Shown: piece by piece, positions 23,963-32,374 of the stretch
How the letters are laid out: every line of letters starts with the position of its first letter
How positions within the stretch are numbered: position 1 is the first letter of the stretch
Assembly (NCBI GenBank): GCA_000708835.1
Contig: DF237754.1
Location: forward strand, 1-32,374
DNA length: 32,374 bases
From: Klebsormidium nitens
Lineage: Eukaryota > Plantae > Klebsormidiophyceae
Reading direction: 5' to 3'
Program-made: the position numbers and the translations under genes
The notes under the pieces: generated by a model
Databases searched by the model: none
What the model saw: only the letters and a program-made list of their open reading frames with translations
Told to the model about the DNA's origin: nothing

Positions 23963-24370
23963 TGTCCAAGTGTCCAAGGTCTGTGATCAACTTTTCGTGG
24001 TCGTCCATCGTTGACGTCATCCGAGCGCGGGCTTGTCTCGGTTTCGCGGTGTCCAAGTGTCCAGGGTCTGTGACCAGCTTTTCGTGGTCGTCCGTCGCTG
24101 ACGTCATCCGAGCGCGGGCTTGTCTCGGCTTCGCGGTGTCCAAGTGTCCAAGGTCTGTGACCAACTTTTCGTGGTCGTTCGTCGCTGACGTCATCCGAGC
24201 TTGGGCCTGTCTCGGCTTCGCGGTGTCCAAGTGTCCAAGGTCTGTGACCAACTTTTCGTGGTCGTCCGTCGCTGACGTCATCCGAGCTTGGGCCTCTTTC
24301 GGCTTCACGGTGTCCAAGTGTCCAAAGTCTAGCACAAAACTTTTCTTGGTCGCCCCTCGCGGACGTCATC
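23963..24370 (+). repeat. Array B: five 87-bp bipartite units, inverted relative to array A
   Basis: TGTCCAAGTGTCCA(A/G) at 23963, 24050, 24137, 24224 and 24311 (exact 87-nt period), each followed 49 nt later by TGACGTCA (GGACGTCA in the last unit). Confidence 0.95.
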
Positions 24371-24430
24371 AGTCTCAATTGTCATTCAGCCCCTTATCTA
24401 AGCACTTGCAAATCACCTTGAGGCTCTGCA

Positions 24431-24925
24431 TCAGTTCGATTCTGACTGTGATTCAGAATTTGAATCGACAGATTCTGCTCTCTTTCTCGGAGCCGCCTTC
24501 TTTCCAACGCTTTTCTTTGTGGTGGTCTTGCTAGTCGTTTTTGCCCTTGAAACCTTCTTTGAAGCACTCATACTCTCGATGTCTTCGATTTCCATCTTTG
24601 TAGGTGTACTCTGAAAGGTGCCCTCAAATGGCAAACCTGTCGGGCGATTACTTTTCATCACCGGACCGATCTCAACCGAGTATCCATACTTCTTGTTTAA
24701 TGAACCTCGTGTGGTTTCTTGTATAAGGACAACTACCCTCTGTGGGAGCGAAACGTTCTTCCCTTGGCACTTCTGAGTCCGAAATAGTTGCGATCCTGCT
24801 CGGGCCCCTGCTTGACAAACGCGCCCTTTCTTTGCATCGATTTCAAGTCGTGTATCCTTCAACAAAGCGAGGGCATCATTCCCCTTTGCATCGTAGGCAG
24901 CAATCACTCGAAAGCTTCGTTTCAT
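24431..24925 (-). CDS. MC1-like non-histone chromosomal protein with a Lys-rich C-terminal tail (~164 aa)
   Basis: MKRSFRVIAAYDAKGN..KKGRVCQAGARAGSQL..VLIQETTRGSLNKKYGYSVE..KSNRPTGLP parallels, from memory, archaeal MC1 (RNFVLRDEDGN..GKQPRQAALKAA..IRLRERGTKKVHVF..KNRPAWMP) and the giant-virus MC1-type ETTRGS motif. Tail KKVSRAKTTSKTTTKKSVGKKAAPRKR. Intronless. Confidence 0.7.
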   Translation of the reverse strand: MKRSFRVIAAYDAKGNDALALLKDTRLEIDAKKGRVCQAGARAGSQLFRTQKCQGKNVSLPQRVVVLIQETTRGSLNKKYGYSVEIGPVMKSNRPTGLPFEGTFQSTPTKMEIEDIESMSASKKVSRAKTTSKTTTKKSVGKKAAPRKRAESVDSNSESQSESN

Positions 24926-25106
24926 GCATTCCATATTGGATGACCTGGTGCACTTCTGATGATAGGTTTGTAGAAAATAATAACTCCGCCCCCTAATGCA
25001 TATCTGACTGTGCGGATTCAACAATCTCAGCCGCAACCAAGAACATGGAGTGCATATGGTGTAAATTGCACGCGGAGAGACAGGAAAAAAGTGTCAAATG
25101 CCTTTT

Positions 25107-25145
25107 GAATAACTAGTTATTCTCCTCAGAAATCTCGAGATTTCT
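25107..25145. promoter_or_regulatory. Two adjacent perfect palindromes upstream of the MC1-like gene
   Basis: GAATAACTAGTTATTC (25107-25122, 16 bp) and AGAAATCTCGAGATTTCT (25128-25145, 18 bp). Function is inferred only. Confidence 0.4.
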
Positions 25146-25228
25146 CAACAATTTTCGGCCCCCCGCACGCAGTTTCAAGAAAATAAGCGTTTAGGAGAGG
25201 TTTCGATGTCATTTTATTGTGACCGACC

Positions 25229-25921
25229 NNNNNNNNNNNNNNNNNNNNNNNNNNNNNNNNNNNNNNNNNNNNNNNNNNNNNNNNNNNNNNNNNNNNNNNN
25301 NNNNNNNNNNNNNNNNNNNNNNNNNNNNNNNNNNNNNNNNNNNNNNNNNNNNNNNNNNNNNNNNNNNNNNNNNNNNNNNNNNNNNNNNNNNNNNNNNNNN
25401 NNNNNNNNNNNNNNNNNNNNNNNNNNNNNNNNNNNNNNNNNNNNNNNNNNNNNNNNNNNNNNNNNNNNNNNNNNNNNNNNNNNNNNNNNNNNNNNNNNNN
25501 NNNNNNNNNNNNNNNNNNNNNNNNNNNNNNNNNNNNNNNNNNNNNNNNNNNNNNNNNNNNNNNNNNNNNNNNNNNNNNNNNNNNNNNNNNNNNNNNNNNN
25601 NNNNNNNNNNNNNNNNNNNNNNNNNNNNNNNNNNNNNNNNNNNNNNNNNNNNNNNNNNNNNNNNNNNNNNNNNNNNNNNNNNNNNNNNNNNNNNNNNNNN
25701 NNNNNNNNNNNNNNNNNNNNNNNNNNNNNNNNNNNNNNNNNNNNNNNNNNNNNNNNNNNNNNNNNNNNNNNNNNNNNNNNNNNNNNNNNNNNNNNNNNNN
25801 NNNNNNNNNNNNNNNNNNNNNNNNNNNNNNNNNNNNNNNNNNNNNNNNNNNNNNNNNNNNNNNNNNNNNNNNNNNNNNNNNNNNNNNNNNNNNNNNNNNN
25901 NNNNNNNNNNNNNNNNNNNNN
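25229..25921. other. Assembly gap (N run)
   Basis: Run of N; ORFs spanning it are artefacts. Confidence 1.
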
Positions 25922-26555
25922 CGACTCGGAAGAGTAATTATGCAGCCCCTTTTGCTATTCTTGCTTCCGGACAAACGCAATCGGCTTACTCGAAGTACAT
26001 GCAGAGGATGAAGCCGACCGAGGAGGAGCTCGATCATTCTATGCAGAGGAAAACGCCGAAGGAAGTCGACAATTGGATTCCTTGGTCCGAGCTCTTGGAA
26101 AAGCGATCGGAACTCGACGATCAGATCAACCGCTATGTCGTGCCGAGATTCATTAACAAGGAACGCTTGGATCGCCATGATAAGCAGTTGGTGATGGATC
26201 ATCTGATCCTCTCACTATACACGATGCCGCTGGGACCTTTGCGAAATGAATACGCGGAATGCATCTTTTTCATGAGGGATCACGAGAATGATTGCGTTGC
26301 GATCAAACCGGGTGACATCAACGTCGTCGAGTTGAAGGACGATCCCAAGCAGTGTTTCTTTCACATCGGTCGACACAAGACCCTCGAAAAGGATGGAGTT
26401 CGGCGCCTTGAAATTCCCGAGGATCTCGTAAAGGTTATACTCAGATCCTTCAATCTGATTCCTAGAAAACATTTGATCCTTAAGAGGCATTATCTCGTCT
26501 GGAAAGATGAACCGATATCGAACTTCACCGTAGTTCTCAACGACCTTGGTCAGCA
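25922..26555 (+). CDS. Tyrosine recombinase, partial copy 1 (both ends lost in gaps)
   Basis: Nearly identical to 26604-27391 but with substitutions (RYVVPRFINK vs RYIVPRFLNK; MRDHENDCVAIKPGDI vs MKEHENDRVTIKSGDV). Confidence 0.75.
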
Positions 26556-26603
26556 NNNNNNNNNNNNNNNNNNNNNNNNNNNNNNNNNNNNNNNNNNNNN
26601 NNN
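26556..26603. other. Assembly gap (48 N)
   Basis: Run of N. Confidence 1.
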
Positions 26604-27391
26604 CGAAGAGTAATTATGCAGCCCCTTTTGCTATTCTTGCTTCCGGACAAACGCAATCGGCTTACTCGAAGTACATGCAGAGGATGAAGCCAACCGAGGA
26701 GGAGCTCGATCATTCTATGCAGAGGAAAACGCCGAAGGAAGTCGACAATTGGATTCCTTGGTCCGAGCTCTTGGAAAAGCGATCGGAACTCGACGATCAG
26801 ATCAACCGCTATATCGTGCCGAGATTCCTTAACAAGGAACGCTTGGATCGCCATGATAAGCAGTTGGTGATGGATCATCTGATCCTCTCACTATACACAA
26901 TGCCGCTGGGACCTTTGCGAAATGAATATGCGGAATGCATCTTTTTCATGAAGGAACACGAGAATGATCGTGTTACGATCAAATCCGGTGACGTCAACGT
27001 CGTCGAGTTGAAGGACGATCCCAAGCAGTGTTTCTTTCACATCGGTCGACACAAGACCCTCGAAAAGGATGGAGTTCGGCGCCTTGAAATTCCCGAGGAT
27101 CTCGTAAAGGTTATACTCAGATCCTTCAATCTGATTCCTAGAAAACATTTGATCCTTAAGAGGCATTATCTCGTCTGGAAAGATGAACCGATATCGAACT
27201 TCACCGTAGTTCTCAACGACCTTGGTCAGCGCCATTTCGGTAGAAATCTTAGCTGCACTCTGCTTCGACACATCTCACATACTGAACAGAGTCCAAAGCT
27301 GATGTCTCGTGGTGAAGTGAGAGCAAAGGCACAATACATGGGCCAAAGCATGAGGACTGCGGATGAGCTCTATAATAGACGATTCGAATGA
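26604..27391 (+). CDS. Tyrosine recombinase/integrase of the virus-associated type, copy 2 (5' end in gap)
   Basis: Catalytic signature LYTMPLGPLRNEY (R), IGRHKT (K), CTLLRHI (R) and MGQSMRTADELY (Y nucleophile, with Q at the usual H/W position). Intronless. Confidence 0.8.
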
Positions 27392-27487
27392 GTGGGCAAT
27401 TCTCTTCTTTCTGTACTTTGTGTGCGTTCTCTGAGGAGCAATTTTTCTATGTTAGAGTTATCAGGAGGCATCAACTGCACTCCAGCT

Positions 27488-27877
27488 ATGGAATCGACGA
27501 ATCACAAACATGGATCGACCACGTGTGCTGCTTGTCTCGAGGCGAGCATCTATAAGGACGAGCATCAGGCCAAGAAGAGAGAATATTCGAAGAGTTACTA
27601 TCAGATACATAAAGACGAGATCCTCTTGAAGAAGGCTCTTGAACGATTGCGAAGGGAAGCAAGACAAGCAGACGGACGAGGCAGCGACTTTATGAGGCAC
27701 AGGCTGCTCTTCCTTGGATTCGATCGTACTAGACAATTACACCTCTTTGCAAGCGTGGGCTCCGTCGAGAGCCGCGTTCCATGTCAAAAAATTTCTGGGG
27801 TTGGAAATATAAGGGGGCTCCGAACCTCCTTCGGTCTGTGGAAAGCATGGCAACGAATTCGATTGCGCACGTGTTAG
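27488..27877 (+). CDS. Small hypothetical protein with CxxC and a basic/aromatic helix
   Basis: TCAACLEAS..KKREYSKSYYQIHKDEILLKK resembles the EYxKxYYxxNKEKI-type helices of small DNA-virus proteins. It sits between the recombinase and primase 3. The C-terminal half is doubtful. Confidence 0.4.
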   Translation: MESTNHKHGSTTCAACLEASIYKDEHQAKKREYSKSYYQIHKDEILLKKALERLRREARQADGRGSDFMRHRLLFLGFDRTRQLHLFASVGSVESRVPCQKISGVGNIRGLRTSFGLWKAWQRIRLRTC

Positions 27878-30695
27878 AAGCGTATGCACAAGAAGGACTA
27901 TACGCTATCCCGGCAAAAGTTAAAGCAACGGACGAAGGATCGAAGCACATTCTGGCAACAATGCCGCATGCGAAAGGCAATGACGCTATACGAACGGTGT
28001 CCGATTGGAGAATGGCAAGGGATCGAATCATGGAAAAGATTGAAAAAGATCGATTCAACTTTTTGGCGATAAAGACGGGAACCATTTCAGACATCTTCGT
28101 GCTCGATATAGACACACGAGACAAACCAGAAAAAGATCTCCAATCTGGCATGCCTCTCTGGAATAGATTGATTGCAGAACACGGAGAACCAGACACTTTA
28201 AGAGCCACTTCAGCCAGCGGAGGCCTCCATTACTACTTCTCGTACGGTGAATCACTCAACGAGGGACTCCAATCAGGGAAGTGTTTCGCTGGCGTAGACT
28301 ACGAGGGCCAGTATTATGGAATAGATGGGCGCGGAGACGGAGGCGTTGTTTTGGCCCCGCCAGGCTCACCTCAGATTGGATTGAATTACACTTGGTGCGC
28401 ACAACCCTTAAGGACGAACATCCGACCAGCTCCATCATGGTTGATTCGATTCCTCAACGATTCTGCTGGGAGATCCGCAAACAAAAGTCTCGTGTTGACT
28501 TCGAGCGATCGAATTCAAGAGTTGTCAGCAAACGGTGCTGATATCGAGCAAACAAGGGGGCTTGAATCAAGCACCGTCGAAGAAACAATGCGAGTGGAGG
28601 TGGATACCGATGACTCACACAATAGACAAGCAATCGAGCACAAGAGGATTGCTGATGCGATGATGCAGCTGTTACAAGACGCTGGACTCGACACGGAGGT
28701 TCGCTTCTCTGGCAACGTGACCTTCCGCGGTTCGTACGGTATTCTCTATTCATTCATCTGTGATGGTCCTCGAACCTGCATACATGGTCATCAATACACT
28801 GGTAGCAACAATCTGACTCTCGTGAAGCGAGGATGGACGGTATTCTATCGATGCTTTGGCTCTGAATGCACCGAGTTGAAGCCTCTTACGGAGCTTGGCA
28901 ACATTCCAATACCAATATCGTTGTTGGATGCCAATCCTGTACGTCTGCACCCGACTCATGATTGGAGTACCTTTCCGAATAACATAAGAACGATGTCGCA
29001 GGATGCGGTGGAAGCACACATGAATCTTATCCGGCGTAACGTGACGCAGCGCTATCGAGGCATGGCTGCGATCTTCTCGGCCATGTATCTCGTTGACGGA
29101 CGCATCATTGCTGAGGGCAAACGCTTTCACTACTGGAACGGTCGCAGATGGATAATCGATAACGCGTTCCATATACAAACCGTCTTTAGTAACCACATGG
29201 CTCGTATCATGACCTGGTATTCGAAACAGAGATTGAATGCTTTCAAGCATGAGATTTGCGCACATATGAGAGGCTCTGCAACAGAGCAGAACGTGTTATC
29301 AACGCTAGAGTCAGTCCTTCCAAATTGGGCAATGAACCCAACGACCGAAGAAGAAAGAAAAGCATGCAGCACCGCGTGGAGGGTGGTCAACAAAACGTAT
29401 CCGTTCCCAACGAAGAGGGATCTGGTTGATCTGACACGGGGATCGGAGGTTCGTGTATGTCTCGAATTTGTATGAACTCCTTGCAGGCTCCTCAACCTCT
29501 CAGCGAGATGATGGATATTGCCAATCCGTTCTTGTTTGCGTGTGCGAACGGCGTCATTAACACCGAGACCGGAAAGTTGCTCGCATTTGATCCTGCTCAT
29601 CTGTTTTCACGCGCGTCGAAAGCAACTTTTCGTGGAATGCCAAAGGCCGAAAGCCGATTCGAGAGGTTCCTGCTTGATTGCTTCAACGATGACAGAGAAG
29701 TACTCGAATGGTATCAGCTTTTCTGCGGCTATTGTATGATGGCGGATACGAGTGAACAATTGTTCCTAGTCAAGCAAGGCAATGGAGCTAATGGAAAGTC
29801 CTTGACAAAGCTAGCAAGTCTCGAAGTTCTAGGCAGTTACGCTGTCGTTATGTCAGAAGACTGCATCATCGAGGCCGGTAAACGGTCCGCTGGCGCGGCT
29901 TCGAGCCACATAATGGCTCTTCGGGGCGGGCGGCTCGCTGAGACCGACGAGTCGGGAGAGAAAGCAGTCCTGAATGAGGCCGCAATGAAAGCCCTATCAA
30001 GCGGGGGAACCACTACAGGGCGCGAGCTGCATAGCAGACAAGAGACATTCGAGCTCACTGTGAAGACCGTCCTCAACACGAACTACAAGCCTATTCTTCA
30101 GAACGTATCCTACTGTGTCACTCGACGCTTGGCACTACTTCCGATGTTGGTCACTTTCTTACCTCCCGAAAAGCTCGAATCCAGCAAACCACGCCCGAAG
30201 CTTATCGATACAACCCTGGAAACCTACTTGAAAAGCGACCAAGGTCGAGATGAGGGTCTTTCATGGTACGCAAAGGGAGCAAGACGTTATCATGAACTCA
30301 AGCGAGCAAATCCCAACACGCTACCATTGATGCGCAGACCTCGTGTGATGGAAGAAGCCGTTAGAGCATACATCAACGACTCGGATATCGCTAGGCGATG
30401 GATCGTCGATTGTCTCGAATTCGAAGATATACAACCCGGAGAAAGAGCGACATGGCACTTAGCCGTTGGCGAACAGCTCGGAGAGGTGTTCCGAGCTTGG
30501 TTGAAGGAAGAAGACTTGACTAGCTCCTTGTCGGCAACGGCGCTGAAAAAACGCATCTTAGATTATGCTGAAGGAAAGAATCGGGTGGTTGTAGACGGCC
30601 GCTTCACAAACAGCCAAGTACAATCTCGAGGTCAGTTCAAAGGCCTTTCGGGGGTTCGATTGAAATCTGGCTATGAATCTCATGCATTGGAGTAG
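27847..30695 (+). pseudogene. Primase-helicase 3: intronless Prim-Pol + Zn-ribbon + D5/P4-family SF3 helicase, with one frameshift at ~29470
   Basis: IFVLDIDT, SASGGLHYYF, GIDGRGDGGVVLAPPGS; RTCIHGHQYTGSNNL..YRCFGSEC; FHYWNGRRW; FACANGVINTETGKL; Walker A GNGANGKS; RLAETDE; TGRELHS; LNTNYKP; TRRL. Adding one T to GAATTTGTATG joins ORFs 27781-29475 and 29457-30695. The start may be 27781 or 27847. Confidence 0.9.
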
Positions 30696-30764
30696 GTGTC
30701 GACGGGCAGAGCAAGCGCTTGCATGCAGAGGAGAACTTTAGAACTTGTGAGTTGTTTGTTTGTT

Positions 30765-30802
30765 TGGTCTTATGGTCTGCAGACCAAAAGTCTATAAGAC
30801 CA
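30765..30802. other. Nested inverted repeat just downstream of primase-helicase 3
   Basis: TGGTCTTAT (30765-30773) / ATAAGACCA (30794-30802) arms enclose the perfect palindrome GGTCTGCAGACC (30774-30785). Confidence 0.55.
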
Positions 30803-31092
30803 CGATTTCAAGTGTTTTCGATTTTAGAAATCTCTAGGGGCCATGATTGCTGTAATAGAAAAGACCTAGAATCCGGGTCTTCTGGGCTTCTGGTCTGCGG
30901 CCCCATCCAAGCACGATTATGCCTCTGACACAAGTACCCTTCTCGTTTGCACCAAAGTGGTATAGCTTCTTCTAATGATAACGAACACACATTGAATGCA
31001 CATTCGATGCTGTTGGAATATGCATGAAGCATATGATGAAACGTACAAGTCATGGTAACTTCTCAATCAGTGTCTTTGTTTCAACAGGGTCT

Positions 31093-32374
31093 TTAGTACA
31101 TCAAGAGCCGCTGCCGTACAGCCGGTTCCCACGTGTCCGCTCTGCCCGCAATTCGCAGCTTTGGGGCGTCAACTCGTGTGAGGTCGCTATTCCGTCCGCT
31201 GATCAGGTTAGCAAGGATGATCATGAACGCAACGAGGCTACTATACCAAGCTTGCGTCTTGAAGCTCACGAGGAACGCGTTGCACGACTCCGCTGCTGAG
31301 GTGTTGACCCAACACACAGAGTCGTAGTAGTCTACACGTGATCCATACGGAGATTGAATTAGTTCAGCATAGAAAAGCCTTGAGACATGGCGTTGTAGAA
31401 GAATGCCACATATATATACACTCTTGAAAGGCAGTCCAAACTTGCCTCCTTTTTCTTTAGAAGAGAGAGGGCGTTTTTGACTGAGTCACTCTAAATCCGC
31501 TCCTTTGCACACACATTCGAGATGGGCGGCCACTTCGAGCAGGATTAACGCACATGTGCCTTGCAAATGCATCAGGGTCTCACCTGTGTTGTATGATGGA
31601 CCACACTTGTGTGCCTCGGCGGTTGTGTGGTGGAAATGGAATCTGCAAAGATCAAGCACGAATGAGAATAAAAAATGTATAGCAGTGCACAGCTGAGGAA
31701 AGTCGCAATGCTGTATGGCAATGGCACGGAAGATCACAAGAATGACTCTCAACAAGAGCCGCCCCTTGGCTTGCGCAAATCTTCTGACCTTACCTATCGA
31801 TCAGGAACCGAACGTCTGCAAAGAACGCTGGCTCTCTCCGCATCGCGTAGGCACGCAGCTTGCAGGCGTTGTCGTGGATGAGGTACAGAGGAAGATCTCT
31901 CCGATTGAGCCGCGTGTACAGGACGGTGAAGGGGTCTCGCGGCGACTCCCCGCGGAGCATGACGTGGAAGCCATAGATGACACAATGAGGGCACGAGAAA
32001 ACGAAGCCGCCCTTTGTGTGCCGTTGCAGGCATTTTTTCTTCTTTATCCCGCTTTCGAGAGCGACCTTGGCATCGAATTCACCGACGGTGAGCCCGCTCC
32101 GACACCGGTGCTCCTCGTCGCGCTCGCGAGACCTACCGAGATCGTCTTCGAACGGTTCGTACTGCGGGAGAGGGCGTTTTTGCTCCCATCCTGGAAGCGG
32201 GTAGCAGCCTAGCTCTCGTTGCTCACGGCAGTAGGGATGGTCCCGGGGAAGAGGGCCAGGCTCCGATCCGTCCACCTCGAGACCGAGCCTTTCGTTCAAG
32301 AGGATCCGTTCCGGCGGAAGCAGGGCGTACTCGTGCGGTGCTGGAGGGGAAAGGCTTTCGACCCCGGGGAGAAG
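31093..32374 (-). mobile_element. KDZ (Kyakuja-Dileera-Zisupton)-type transposase, spliced, 5' end beyond the window. Exons >32374-31794, 31642-31584, 31331-31093.
   Basis: GFVFSCPHCVIYGFHVMLRGESPRD, LIHDNACKL, FLIDR|FHFHHTTAEAHKCGPSYN and NTSAAESCNAFL match the KDZ catalytic pattern (D-N-A-C, DRFH..H..C, N-T/S-x-x-x-E). Introns are GT-AG with matching phases (2,1). Confidence 0.8.

Noticed and set aside
21761-24370. CRISPR-like interpretation of the repeat arrays
   Set aside because: The inter-motif segments are homologous to each other rather than unique spacers, there are no cas genes, and the context is eukaryotic.
21774-24534. Repetitive ORFs (MSKCP.../LGHLDT... peptides) over arrays A and B and at 16305-16971 and 19152-19423
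   Set aside because: They are translations of the DNA repeats, open in several frames and on both strands, with conservation at DNA-motif level.
25126-26613. Long ORFs of 243-464 aa in the track
   Set aside because: They span N runs; only the recombinase portions are real.
29455-29480. Programmed -1 ribosomal frameshift in primase-helicase 3
   Set aside because: There is no X-XXY-YYZ heptamer, and the site is not homologous to the shifts in the other paralogues; a 1-nt indel in a T run is simpler.
1-32374. Bacterial prophage or P4-like satellite contaminant
   Set aside because: Numerous phase-consistent spliceosomal introns interrupt the primase, transposase and accessory genes.

Overview
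This is a eukaryotic genomic window: it has GT-AG introns with GTAAGT/GTGAGT-type donors and (T)GCAG acceptors, and two assembly gaps. The intron style and this gene family suggest a green/streptophyte alga such as Klebsormidium, but that is inference only. It is dominated by virus/plasmid-like replication genes. Three divergent paralogues of a Prim-Pol primase + Zn-ribbon + D5/P4-type SF3 helicase fusion have 4, 5-6 and 0 introns, and each carries at least one 1-nt frameshift. Around them are a tyrosine recombinase (two near-identical copies across gaps), an MC1-like DNA-architectural protein with a basic tail, a decayed AntA-like/T5orf172 gene, and a spliced KDZ-type transposase running off the right edge. 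The most unusual structure is a bipartite cis-element: a (TGTCCAAG)x2 direct repeat plus a TGACGTCA palindrome at a fixed 49-nt offset. It occurs in two introns of primase-helicase 2 and in two tandem arrays of opposite orientation. Those arrays bracket a two-exon gene whose product has a C2HC zinc finger, a bZIP-like basic region (N-x7-R) and a J-domain-like HPD motif. No capsid or packaging gene was recognised. All exon models and family calls were made by eye, without database searches.
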